In this document: in pieces, positions 28,694 to 38,817 of the stretch
Position numbering within the stretch: position 1 is the stretch's first letter
How the letters are laid out: each line of letters begins with the position of its first letter
Source of the DNA: an uncultured Actinomycetes bacterium
Lineage (GTDB): Bacteria > SZUA-79 > Acidulodesulfobacterales > Acidulodesulfobacteraceae
Direction: 5' to 3'
NCBI GenBank assembly: GCA_964631685.1
Contig: CAZVZU010000001.1
Coordinates: 96,001-160,000, forward strand
DNA: 64,000 nt
Position numbers and translations under genes: made by a program
Notes under the pieces: generated by a model
Told to the model about the DNA's origin: nothing
What the model saw: only the letters and a program-made list of their open reading frames with translations
Database searches by the model: none

Positions 28694-31657
28694 TTGAAAA
28701 AGAATGATTTTATGAACGGCGTCATGGCTAAAATTCTGATATATGGCGGAGGAAATGCTGCTAAGACAACGATTGAGATGCTGAAAAGCGATAGGAATAT
28801 CGAAATTGTCGCTTTGGTTGCTAGGGATCTATCGAAGGAAGGTGCGCGGTATGCAAAAAAATTAAAAATAAGGTGTTTTTCAACGATCGGAGAGGTAAAA
28901 AGCAACGATCTGGAGTTTAATATTGTTTTAAATTTAACAGGGCAAAAGGAAGGCTCCTTGCCGGAGCTCATGGATATACATGAAAAAAGCATAGAGATTA
29001 TAAACTCCATTAGCTCAAAGTTGATTTATGACCTTCTTTACGATAGATATAAAAGCCATATAGATAAAGAAAGTATTATTAAGCAGTTAAGAGAGCAGAA
29101 AGCGTATTTCAAGAATATTCTTAACGATTCCTTTGATATGATTATGGTGACCAATCGTCACGGAGTAATCACAGAATTTAATAAGGGCGGTGAAAACATA
29201 CTGGGATATACGCGGAAAGAAGTGGTGGGTAGAAAGGCAAACGACTTTTACCTCGATCCCGAAGAAAGGGATGATATTATTGAAAAGTTAAAAAGAGATC
29301 ACTTTGTTTTAAACTATGAAACTGCATTAAGGAAGAAGGATGGCAACCCTGTAGATATATCCCTTACGATATCACGCATTTTAGACAAAGATGATGAGAT
29401 AATAGGAACAATAGGTATTTCAAAAGATATCACCGAAAAAAAAACATATGAGAAAGAACTAAAAAAGTTTAATGAAAATCTTGAAAAGAAGGTTACGGAA
29501 AGAACAAAACAGCTAAAGGAGAGTAATGAGGAACTTGCCAGGGCAAGTGAGCTTAAGTCTAAATTTATTGCAAATATGTCTCATGAGCTCAGAACTCCGC
29601 TTAATGCCATAATTGGATATTCCGATTTATTAATGGATTCTCAAGATATAACGGATAAACATAAAAAATATATAAACAATATTCTTATTTCAGGGAAGCA
29701 TTTGCTTCAGCTTATAAACAATATACTGGATATCGCAAAAATTGAGGCAGGAAGGTTTTCGCTGGAATATTCTGTATTTCAACTTGAAGATGTGGTAAGC
29801 GAGGTTATATCTGTTATAAAATCACTTGCGGATAGAAAGAACATCGCTCTTAATATAAAATATGACTGCGGTGAAGATTACAAGATATATGCCGATAGGA
29901 TAAAATTTAAACAAATAATTTATAACTTGCTAAGCAATGCCATTAAGTTTTCTTTCGAAAACACTAAGATTGATATTGTTTGTAAAAATGTATCGCCTAC
30001 TTTAAATATTAGTACCAAATCAAATTTTGATTTACAAAACGATAGCAAGGTTGTTGTTGCAGGCAAAGTTTTCGATTATTTTCAAATGGATGTTATTAAT
30101 CGCGGCATTGGAATCTCTGACAGTTTTAAGAAAAATATCTTTAAAGAGTTTATTCAGGCAGACAACGATTATTCAAGGCAATATGAAGGTACCGGTCTTG
30201 GACTTTCTTTAACCAAAAAAATAACTGAGCTTCACGGCGGACATATATATTTTGAATCCGTTCCGGATGAACTTACCGATTTCACATTTGTGATCCCAAA
30301 TCCCCTTGATGCCAAGGTCATGTCCCAAACATCGGAAGAACCGGAAAAAACACTGGTAACTGCGGATGCAAAATCTTTTTTTAGGGATAACAATATCAGG
30401 AGAAATAAACCGTTGGTCCTTGTTGCCGAAGATGATCGGGCAACATCAGAGATATTTACGATTAATCTTGTAAATTTTGGGTACTCCGTTGTTCATGCAT
30501 ATGATGGCATTGAGACTATCGAGAAGGCCAAGTCACTGAAACCCTTTGCAATACTTCTTGATATAATGATACCTAAAAAGGATGGATGGGAAGTATTGGG
30601 TGATTTAAAATCTGACAGAGAAACAAAGAATATACCGGTAATTATAACGAGTATAATAGACAATAAAGATTTAGGGTTTGCTCTTGGTGCGACGGATTAT
30701 CTCATAAAACCTATTGACAAAGATACATTGATTCATACACTATCTCAGTTTACGCTCACTCAAAAGAGAAAGAGAAGACAGGTAAATATTTTATTGATTG
30801 ATGATGAGCCTATCATACATAAAATGATTGAGAAAATTTTAGTTTCGGAAGGTTTTAATTTACTTCATGCCTACGACGGTGAAACCGGTTTAAAAATGTC
30901 AATAGAACTAAAACCTGATTTAATTTTATTAGACCTGATAATGCCGGATATGGATGGTTTTGAGGTTGCAGATAATATCAAAAAACATCCTATTTCCAGC
31001 CAGATTCCAATATTCATAATAACATCAAAAGATTTATCGGTTGAAGAGAGGTTGAACCTCTCATGTAATATTGAAAGGATAATCGGAAAGAAGGCATTTT
31101 CTGCCGAGGAACTTAGTCGTTCCATAAGGGAGCTTGAGATTCTATATCCGCAAAAGGCGGGACTTTTCGATGAGATTACGGGCTTATTGGATCATAACTA
31201 TTTCAATATAAGGCTTGCGCAGGAAATTAATAGAGCCAAAAGATATAATTTAGTATTTACCATAATATTTATAGATATAGATGGTTTTAAAGAGTATTGC
31301 GATGTGGTCGGAGATTTTCATTCTGACATAGCGCTTAAAAAAATTGCGGATACTCTAAAAAAGTATCTAAGGGGAGCCGATGTTATAGTTAGGTTTGGAT
31401 ACGATGAATTTGCCATTATACTCAATAACACCTTAAAAGAGCCAGCGGTGTATGTGGCGAATAGATTTTGTGCTATTATCAGAGATTATCCATTTTACAA
31501 AGAAGAGGAGTTGAAAACAAAAAAATTGACGGCATCGTTTGTTGTTGCCACGTTTCCGGAGAACGGAGATTCACCGGAGGAGCTTATTTCTAAGATTTAT
31601 AATAGGTTGTGCGACGTTAAAAACTCAGGCGGGGATGCGATAATAGAAGTAACCTAA
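28694..31657 (+). CDS. Hybrid sensor: Rossmann-like N-terminus, PAS, HisKA/HATPase, REC, REC, degenerate GGDEF
   Basis: MSHELRTPLN, NLLSNAIKF, GTGLGL, two REC domains, RFGYDEF. Confidence 0.92.
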   Translation: MKKNDFMNGVMAKILIYGGGNAAKTTIEMLKSDRNIEIVALVARDLSKEGARYAKKLKIRCFSTIGEVKSNDLEFNIVLNLTGQKEGSLPELMDIHEKSIEIINSISSKLIYDLLYDRYKSHIDKESIIKQLREQKAYFKNILNDSFDMIMVTNRHGVITEFNKGGENILGYTRKEVVGRKANDFYLDPEERDDIIEKLKRDHFVLNYETALRKKDGNPVDISLTISRILDKDDEIIGTIGISKDITEKKTYEKELKKFNENLEKKVTERTKQLKESNEELARASELKSKFIANMSHELRTPLNAIIGYSDLLMDSQDITDKHKKYINNILISGKHLLQLINNILDIAKIEAGRFSLEYSVFQLEDVVSEVISVIKSLADRKNIALNIKYDCGEDYKIYADRIKFKQIIYNLLSNAIKFSFENTKIDIVCKNVSPTLNISTKSNFDLQNDSKVVVAGKVFDYFQMDVINRGIGISDSFKKNIFKEFIQADNDYSRQYEGTGLGLSLTKKITELHGGHIYFESVPDELTDFTFVIPNPLDAKVMSQTSEEPEKTLVTADAKSFFRDNNIRRNKPLVLVAEDDRATSEIFTINLVNFGYSVVHAYDGIETIEKAKSLKPFAILLDIMIPKKDGWEVLGDLKSDRETKNIPVIITSIIDNKDLGFALGATDYLIKPIDKDTLIHTLSQFTLTQKRKRRQVNILLIDDEPIIHKMIEKILVSEGFNLLHAYDGETGLKMSIELKPDLILLDLIMPDMDGFEVADNIKKHPISSQIPIFIITSKDLSVEERLNLSCNIERIIGKKAFSAEELSRSIRELEILYPQKAGLFDEITGLLDHNYFNIRLAQEINRAKRYNLVFTIIFIDIDGFKEYCDVVGDFHSDIALKKIADTLKKYLRGADVIVRFGYDEFAIILNNTLKEPAVYVANRFCAIIRDYPFYKEEELKTKKLTASFVVATFPENGDSPEELISKIYNRLCDVKNSGGDAIIEVT

Positions 31658-31721
31658 TGATGTCAAACAATAACATTTAAATTTAGCATAGTGTTTTTAT
31701 GCGTTTTGACATGAATCACTA

Positions 31722-32144
31722 ATGTTGCAGGATGGAAGCGGAGTAGCAATTATGGCCATTAAAAATAATAAACAACACAATGTTCTCATAGTTGAAGATA
31801 ATAGTATTAATATGGATTTATTGATAGCCCTCTTAGAGCCGTTTGACTTCAGTATAATAACATCAAAAGATGGGTATGATGCTTTGAAAAAAATAGCCGA
31901 TAGCTCTGATTTATCCCTAATTTTACTTGATATCGGTCTTCCCGGGATAGACGGCATAGAGGTATTCAAAAAGATTAAATGTATGGATAAACATAAAAAT
32001 GTACCCGTGATTGCGGTTACGGCTCATGCTATGGCAGGCAATAGAGAGCATTTACTATCGTTGGGCTTTGACGATTTTGTTGAAAAGCCCATAAATAAAA
32101 ATATGTTGTATGAAAAAATAAGGAAGCATATAGGATTTGAATAA
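31722..32144 (+). CDS. Single-domain response regulator (DivK-like)
   Basis: VEDN, LDIGLP, VTAHAM, KPI. Confidence 0.9.
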   Translation: MLQDGSGVAIMAIKNNKQHNVLIVEDNSINMDLLIALLEPFDFSIITSKDGYDALKKIADSSDLSLILLDIGLPGIDGIEVFKKIKCMDKHKNVPVIAVTAHAMAGNREHLLSLGFDDFVEKPINKNMLYEKIRKHIGFE

Positions 32145-32574
32145 CGACTTTAAATTTTACACCGAATTAAGGGTTCGGTACGAAGAAACGGATGCGATGT
32201 CCGTTGTATACTACGGAAAATATTTTGTTTTCTTTGAGGTGGCAAGAACAGAATATCTTAAAAATATAGGCTATAATTACGTGGATGTGGAAAAGGACGG
32301 GTTTTATTTTGTCGTTGCCGAGTCAAACTGCAAATATTTTAATCCCGCAAGGTATGACGATAATTTAATGATTTTCACGAAAATAGAATACATTAAAAAT
32401 TCCAGCTTTAATTTTATATATAATATCGTTAAAAAAAGTAAGATGCTCAATGGAATTGATATGAATATTGCAAATGGCAGTACCGTTTTGGTTAGCGTGG
32501 ACAGTGTTAATTTTAAACCGCGCAGGATCCCCGATTATCTCAGAACTGCCATAAGTAACTTTGAGGGTTTTTAA
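32137..32574 (+). CDS. Acyl-CoA thioesterase (YbgC/FadM family)
   Basis: RVRYEETDAMSVVYYGKY..FEVAR. Confidence 0.9.
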   Translation: MNNDFKFYTELRVRYEETDAMSVVYYGKYFVFFEVARTEYLKNIGYNYVDVEKDGFYFVVAESNCKYFNPARYDDNLMIFTKIEYIKNSSFNFIYNIVKKSKMLNGIDMNIANGSTVLVSVDSVNFKPRRIPDYLRTAISNFEGF

Positions 32575-32621
32575 TAAATCTCAGTAAAACATTAGATCAA
32601 CACGGTCCAATATAATTCCAC

Positions 32622-33380
32622 ATGAAGGATTACTATTCAATTTTAGGAATTCAGCAAAACGCAAGCGAGGTGTCAATTAAAAGCCAATATAAAAAGCTTG
32701 CCGCCATATATCATCCTGATAAGAATCCGAATAATACAGATAAATTTATAGATTTGAACGAAGCGTACGGTGCGCTAATGAATAGAATATCTAGAGGGTT
32801 ATACGATAGAGATCTTAAGGAATACAATGAGTTAAAAAAATCCCGACATGGTGGTACGATCGCTCCTTATAGGGCAAGGTTAAGGGATGGCGGAAATGTT
32901 AATATAGAAATAGATTTTACAGATGACGTTGCGAATCGCCGGGCAAAAAATGGCGAAACTATAATAAAAACCGTGGTATTACAAAAATATATAAAATGTT
33001 CCGACTGTGACGGGAACGGGAGAGAGAAGGGTACTCTCGTTACGACATGCTCTCAATGCAACGGTGCTGGTGTGGTTAAGAACAGAGATACAAGGGTTGA
33101 CGAGATGTGTCTGGGCTGTAATGGATATGGGGATGTATTCTTGTACAAATGCGAAGCGTGTGACGGTATGGGCAGAATAAAGGCATCAGAAAAAATTACG
33201 CTAAACTTTAATATAGATGAATTGCTTGATCAGAATAAGGATAATAACAAAATTATAGTATTTAAAGGTCAAGGGAATGAAGGTGTCTTTGGGGGACAAA
33301 ACGGCGATCTTACGGTTTTGGTCAAAATAAATGACAGGACTAATGGATTTTCCCTTAGAGATTTTTTTTTGAAAAAATAA
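32622..33380 (+). CDS. DnaJ-like protein (J domain + zinc finger, no G/F region, truncated C-terminus)
   Basis: HPD motif and four CxxCxGxG repeats. Confidence 0.88.
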   Translation: MKDYYSILGIQQNASEVSIKSQYKKLAAIYHPDKNPNNTDKFIDLNEAYGALMNRISRGLYDRDLKEYNELKKSRHGGTIAPYRARLRDGGNVNIEIDFTDDVANRRAKNGETIIKTVVLQKYIKCSDCDGNGREKGTLVTTCSQCNGAGVVKNRDTRVDEMCLGCNGYGDVFLYKCEACDGMGRIKASEKITLNFNIDELLDQNKDNNKIIVFKGQGNEGVFGGQNGDLTVLVKINDRTNGFSLRDFFLKK

Positions 33381-33511
33381 AGTTGTTGTAAGTCTTTTTG
33401 CGCATGTCGCAATTCCTGTATATATTTTGTTGTCAGGGAGTAGGCCTGTAAAAATGTTGTTGACATATACAGAGAAATATACTTTAATATCTACTAACGA
33501 TTGGTTTTTTT

Positions 33512-33586
33512 GCGGGAATAGCTCAGTGGTAGAGCATCACCTTGCCAAGGTGGGGGTCGCGGGTTCAAGTCCCGTTTCCCGCTCCA
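33512..33586 (+). tRNA. tRNA-Gly(GCC)
   Basis: GCGGGAA acceptor stem, anticodon loop TTGCCAA, GGTTCAAGTCC T-arm, CCA end; TTGACA at 33460 upstream. Confidence 0.97.
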
Positions 33587-33656
33587 TTCATAGACCAGTG
33601 TTTCTTTGTGGCGTTGCAATCTGCGTGCGCGCTGTTTGTTAATTTTTCCTGTTTTT

Positions 33657-35522
33657 TCACATCTCAATCCTTATTAAGACTCCGTGTACTTTTTCCGGGG
33701 GAATTTTATAAAAACGGACAAAAGATGGTGACAACTTTTTAATCAGCGAGAAAATTAACCAGAAGATATTTTTGCTGACAATTTCTTCAAAACCATAAAA
33801 AATTACGGTTGCATCAATATTGTATTGCTTTAATTTTGCTTCTATATCAACTGTTTCAGCATAACCCGCACTTATAATCAGCTGATTTAACCCAGGTGCT
33901 ATATCTTTTTTAAATACACCATGGATACCGTACGGTTTTTCAGTCCTTTCTATAGACATAAATATATTCTTTTTATATACGATATTATTTTGAAACATAG
34001 TTTTAACTATATAGGGTGACACTTTATCGTATAGGCTCGAAAAAAAGAGGGATGTCCCTTCTAATCTTACAAAATTATTATAATGTTCTTCATATTTTTT
34101 TAAAAATATGTCTAAGTCTATCATTTTATATAAACTATGCAATTTAGCTTGTCCTCTGGTATATAACATAATTATCATAAATGGGAACATTGCTATGATT
34201 AGTGCAAAATACCCGCCGTTTACAGTTTTATATAGCAGATTAGAGGTTAAAAATAGAATATCTGCGAGTGTAGTCATAAGGGATATTGCGAACATGACAT
34301 ATCTTTTTCTATGATAAAAATACATATTTATCATGATTCCGGTGAAGGTCATGGTTCCGCTTACGGCAAGGCCATATGCCATGGCAAGATTGCCGGATGT
34401 TTTAAATATCAGTATTGCCAATAAAACACTTATAAACAAAAACCAATTTGCAACGCTAATGTATATCTGTGATTGTAATTTTTCAGATTTATAATTTATT
34501 TTAAGTAGTGGTATAATTCTATTATTTATAAGTTGATAAACAATAGAAAATATACCACTTATAACTGCTTGAGATGCTATCACTGTTGCAATAATGCTTA
34601 AAATTAAGACAGGTATGTACAGTAGGTGAGATTGCGAGTATAACATCTGAAAAAATGTATTCGTATCATTCTTGTGCATCAATAAAAATGCGCCTTGACC
34701 GATATAATTGAGGACAAGCATGACAAAAACAAAATACCACGCTTTTTTAATAGGTTCTCTACCAATATGTCCCATGTCGGCATATAAAGCTTCGCCCCCC
34801 GTTGCAGACAAAACAACATCCGACAGGACAAATAGACTAATTATACCGTGCGCTATGAGGTGATTTGCCGAAATATTACCATTAAACACAAAACTCACGG
34901 CATAATAGGGATTTAGAACTTTCAGTAAAATAGACGGCATATAAACTATGGACGCTAACCCTGAAATACCTAGTATGAGAAACCATAAGAACATAATGGG
35001 ACTGAATAATTTACCAATTTTTTCTGTTCCCTTGTGCTGATACCAAAATAAAACTATAGCAATGATTATGGATACAAAAACAATGGTGTCAGTAGAAATA
35101 TTTGTGAAAAACGGTATTAAATTTATTCCCTCAACAGCGCTCAAAATGCTTATGGCTGGCGTAATGACACTGTCGCCTATCAAAAGTGACAAGGCAATGT
35201 ATGATATTATGGTTATAAAGGCTACTTCTTTTGCAGATTTTGCATATTTTTCAAGAATATTTTTAAGAATTACAGTTCCGCCTTCATTTCTTTCGCTTAT
35301 ACCCATAGCAAACCAGATATATTGTACTGAAACTATGAGAATTATAGTCCATATTATAAGAGATATAACACTTAATACATTTGTATTAGTAACCTTTAGA
35401 TATGTGAATATTACGGCAATAGTATATATAGGGCTTGTTCCTATATCTCCAAACACAACACCCAAAGCATTTAAGGGTTTATTTTTGTCGAGAATCATTT
35501 TAATCTTATCTAATCTGCCCAT
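33657..35522 (-). CDS. kup: KUP/HAK/KT potassium transporter
   Basis: GVVFGDIGTSPIY, ITPAISILSAVEG, EALYADMGH. Confidence 0.96.
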   Translation of the reverse strand: MGRLDKIKMILDKNKPLNALGVVFGDIGTSPIYTIAVIFTYLKVTNTNVLSVISLIIWTIILIVSVQYIWFAMGISERNEGGTVILKNILEKYAKSAKEVAFITIISYIALSLLIGDSVITPAISILSAVEGINLIPFFTNISTDTIVFVSIIIAIVLFWYQHKGTEKIGKLFSPIMFLWFLILGISGLASIVYMPSILLKVLNPYYAVSFVFNGNISANHLIAHGIISLFVLSDVVLSATGGEALYADMGHIGREPIKKAWYFVFVMLVLNYIGQGAFLLMHKNDTNTFFQMLYSQSHLLYIPVLILSIIATVIASQAVISGIFSIVYQLINNRIIPLLKINYKSEKLQSQIYISVANWFLFISVLLAILIFKTSGNLAMAYGLAVSGTMTFTGIMINMYFYHRKRYVMFAISLMTTLADILFLTSNLLYKTVNGGYFALIIAMFPFMIIMLYTRGQAKLHSLYKMIDLDIFLKKYEEHYNNFVRLEGTSLFFSSLYDKVSPYIVKTMFQNNIVYKKNIFMSIERTEKPYGIHGVFKKDIAPGLNQLIISAGYAETVDIEAKLKQYNIDATVIFYGFEEIVSKNIFWLIFSLIKKLSPSFVRFYKIPPEKVHGVLIRIEM

Positions 35523-35743
35523 TATGTTCTGTCCATCCTTTTGCGGCGCCGGTATTTAATTTATAGCCGTCGCTCTTTTATTTTTTTGACATTCATTATA
35601 GCATTAAAATCATAAGCAAACTAATAAACTTGTATATTATCTTGTCAAAAATGATTTAAGGATCTTAGCGATTTATGGTAAAATGTGCAAGATAATAATT
35701 AATCGTTGTAACATTATATATCTAACTTAAAGAGATAAAGCCG

Positions 35744-37840
35744 ATGAATATTGCTTATTCCGTTTGTCCCCACGATTGCCCGGATGCTTGTGCGTTAAAG
35801 GTTGAAATAGACGATGGAAAAATAACAAAGGTTGCGGGAGATATATCCCATCCCATAACCAGGGGGGTCATTTGCGAAAAGGTTCGCGCCTATCCCGAGC
35901 GTATATACAATCCGGCACGAATACTTTACCCTATGCGTAGAGTTGGAAAAAAAGGTACCGGAAAGTTTGAAAGAATTAGCTGGAATGTTGCTGTGGGGGA
36001 AATAGTAAGTCGCTGGAAAGAACTTATTGATGCATGCGGACCTGAAAGTATCTTACCTTATTCTTACGGTGGTACAGAGGGTGTTGTAAATAACGCAGGT
36101 ATGGATAGACGTCTTTTTAATAAATTAGGGGCAACAAGACTTAAACGCAATATTTGCTCTGTAGCGGGTAGCTCAGGTTATAAGCTGGCTTATGGCGCAT
36201 CTATCAGCATAAATCCTATAAATACGATCAATTCTAAGTTCTTTATATTTTGGGGAATAAATGCATTAGAAACAAATATACATCAGGCCATTTTTGCCGA
36301 TCGCGCCCGCAAGAACGGCGCTAAAATTATAGCAATAGATGTTCATAGAAATAAGACCGCAAAATGGGCAGACGATTTTTATCTAATCCTGCCGGGTTCC
36401 GATGGAGCATTAGCACTAGGTCTTGCCCATATTATACTGAGAGACGACTTAGCCGATAAAGTTTTTTTAAAACAATATGCGTACGGTTTTGACGAATACC
36501 GTTTAAAGGTGAAGGAATATCCACCCGAGCGCGTCGCCAAATTAACGGGTCTTACGCCGCAACGAATCGAACATTTAGCGCATTCTTATGCGGGGATAAG
36601 ACCTAATTTTATTCGCATAGGCAATGGTCTTCAGCATCATGATAATGGGGGTATTAATACGTGGGCAATTGCTTTATTGCCTGCGTTAGTCGGTGCGTGG
36701 AGGGATAAGGGCGGTGGTGCATTAAAATCTAATTCCGAATATTTTCCTATAAATGATGATGCATTACAAAGGCCGGATTTAACCGAAAATGTTCCTAGGA
36801 TCGTAAATATGATTCAACTGGGTAAAGCTTTATGTGAGCTTGATGATCCACCTGTGCGCTCACTTTATGTTTATAACAGTAATCCTGCAGTTGTAGCTCC
36901 GAATCAAAATTTAGTTCTAAACGGATTAGCGAGGGATGATCTTTTCACGGTTGTGCATGAACAAGTAATGACCGACACTGCAAAATTTGCAGATATAGTT
37001 TTGCCCGCCACTACAAGTTTCGAGCATTCTGATCTTTATATAAGCTATTGGCATACCGTCATTCAATGGGCTGGTCCTATAATTCCTAGAATTGGTGAAG
37101 CTATGCCTAATATAGATGTATTCAAACTAATAGCGAAGGCTTTTGGGCTTACTGACCCTTGTTTTCTTGACTCTGAAGAAGATATGGCAAGGCAGGCATT
37201 AGACCTTCCGTATTGGCATGACCAAGGAATAACGTTCGAGCGTATTAGAAAAGAGCGGTTTATCATGTTGAATATTTCCGACTATCCGTTTGCGAACGGA
37301 GGTTTTTTCACTTCTTCAGGCAAGGTTGAATTTAAAAATAAAGAAGTCGTTAAGCTGGGATTATGTGAAACGCCGGATTATAGGCCTATTAACAATATTA
37401 AAGGGGATGAATTATTTTATAATGAAAATAAAAAAAACAAAAAATATGATGCTCATAATTTGTTGTCCAAAGCTGATTTTCCGTTAACGTTTATCACGCC
37501 GCCCAATCATTTTTTTCTAAATTCTACTTTTGTTAATATTGCTTCTCTCAAAGCTAAGGCGCAAGAACCATTTTTAGAAATTAACCCTAGAGATGCAGAG
37601 GACAGACGGATACATAGTAATGACATTGTCAGCGTTGAAAACAGTCGCGGATGTCTTTTGCTAAAGGCAATGGTAATTGATTCTGTTTTGCCGGGCGTTG
37701 TTGTTGCAGCAGGTTTATGGTGGAGAGATAATTATAAAAACGGCAGTGGAGTTAATATTTTAACGCCGGATAATTTGTCCGATATAGGAGAAGGGGCAAC
37801 CTTTTTTTCAACATTGGTTGAGGTTAAAAAGTATGTATAA
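35744..37840 (+). CDS. Molybdopterin oxidoreductase (YoaE-like, bis-MGD family)
   Basis: CPHDCPDAC Fe-S motif, ADIVLPAT, C-terminal molybdopterin dinucleotide-binding domain. Confidence 0.9.
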   Translation: MNIAYSVCPHDCPDACALKVEIDDGKITKVAGDISHPITRGVICEKVRAYPERIYNPARILYPMRRVGKKGTGKFERISWNVAVGEIVSRWKELIDACGPESILPYSYGGTEGVVNNAGMDRRLFNKLGATRLKRNICSVAGSSGYKLAYGASISINPINTINSKFFIFWGINALETNIHQAIFADRARKNGAKIIAIDVHRNKTAKWADDFYLILPGSDGALALGLAHIILRDDLADKVFLKQYAYGFDEYRLKVKEYPPERVAKLTGLTPQRIEHLAHSYAGIRPNFIRIGNGLQHHDNGGINTWAIALLPALVGAWRDKGGGALKSNSEYFPINDDALQRPDLTENVPRIVNMIQLGKALCELDDPPVRSLYVYNSNPAVVAPNQNLVLNGLARDDLFTVVHEQVMTDTAKFADIVLPATTSFEHSDLYISYWHTVIQWAGPIIPRIGEAMPNIDVFKLIAKAFGLTDPCFLDSEEDMARQALDLPYWHDQGITFERIRKERFIMLNISDYPFANGGFFTSSGKVEFKNKEVVKLGLCETPDYRPINNIKGDELFYNENKKNKKYDAHNLLSKADFPLTFITPPNHFFLNSTFVNIASLKAKAQEPFLEINPRDAEDRRIHSNDIVSVENSRGCLLLKAMVIDSVLPGVVVAAGLWWRDNYKNGSGVNILTPDNLSDIGEGATFFSTLVEVKKYV

Positions 37841-37860
37841 GTTTAACTTGCAAACTTGCC

Positions 37861-37889
37861 TTGACTTAGTATTGCTAAGAGAGTACAAT
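37861..37889 (+). promoter_or_regulatory. sigma70 promoter upstream of the phoB-like gene
   Basis: TTGACT-N17-TACAAT. Confidence 0.65.
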
Positions 37890-38027
37890 TTGTGTAGATC
37901 GCGTTATAAATATATTTATAAATATATTATTGTATTTTGATTTGTAATGTTTTAATAAAGTAGATAATTATTTTCATGGTGGGCTCTTGTCTGGGTTTCC
38001 ATCTTGTAATAAACTCGGGGACTAATA

Positions 38028-38753
38028 TTGATTCCGGAAGTCAGAGCAAATATTTTAGTCGTGGATGATGAATCCGATTTGATAGAACTTTTAAAATATA
38101 ATCTTGCCAAAGAGGGCTATAATTTAGAATTTGCTTTTAACGGCTTTGACGGTCTTAAAATTGCGGAAGTGGTTAAGCCTGACCTTATTATTCTTGACCT
38201 TATGCTCCCCGATATAAACGGTTATGAAGTTTGTAAAAGGATTAAGCAAAATAAGAGGCTGTCATTGGTGCCCATCGTGTTTTTATCTGCTAAACAGGAA
38301 GAAGTTGATAAGATTCTTGGTTTTGAAGCAGGTGCGGAAGACTATATGATTAAACCCTTTTCAGTCAATGAACTTTTGGCGCGTATAAGGGTAATTCTTA
38401 AAAGGTCGTTCTTACAAAGATCTAATAGCTCACAAGCCCCCGTTACTCAAGAATTTAAGTTCAAAAACATTAGTGTTAATCTTGCAAAACATAGCGTAGT
38501 GGTGAGAAATAAAGAAATTAAGCTTAGCCCTATTGAGTTTAAAATTCTTATTTTTTTAATGACTTATGCAGGGGATGTGTTTTCTAGAGAAAAACTGCTT
38601 GATAATGTATGGGGACGTGATTCCTTTGTTGAACCTAGAACGGTCGATGTTCACATAAGAAGATTGAGGTCTAGTATCGAGGTGGATGAGTCGATCAAGC
38701 TTATAGAAACTGTAAGGGGTGCAGGCTATAAATTTGCGGATGAAGAAGATTGA
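38028..38753 (+). CDS. OmpR/PhoB-family response regulator (PhoB-like)
   Basis: REC + winged helix; VWG..FVEPRTVDVHIRRLR, TVRGAGY. Confidence 0.92.
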   Translation: MIPEVRANILVVDDESDLIELLKYNLAKEGYNLEFAFNGFDGLKIAEVVKPDLIILDLMLPDINGYEVCKRIKQNKRLSLVPIVFLSAKQEEVDKILGFEAGAEDYMIKPFSVNELLARIRVILKRSFLQRSNSSQAPVTQEFKFKNISVNLAKHSVVVRNKEIKLSPIEFKILIFLMTYAGDVFSREKLLDNVWGRDSFVEPRTVDVHIRRLRSSIEVDESIKLIETVRGAGYKFADEED

Positions 38754-38817
38754 TTTACACCGTTAATAATTCAAACTTTTAATGTGCTTAAAAATATATC
38801 CGTTTTAATTAATTCAT

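Noticed and set aside
33427..33742. Two short ORFs (71 aa and 66 aa)
   Set aside because: Overlap tRNA-Gly and the kup 3' end; spurious
35062..35559. 165-aa ORF antisense to kup, and similar antisense ORFs across the window
   Set aside because: Shadow frames of well-supported genes
35523..35743. c-di-AMP (ydaO) riboswitch upstream of kup
   Set aside because: No conserved ydaO motifs or adequate structure visible
38014..38021. CTCGGGGA matching the tRNA-Asn 3' end as an att site
   Set aside because: Only 8 bp, on the wrong side of the tRNA and within the phoB-like RBS region
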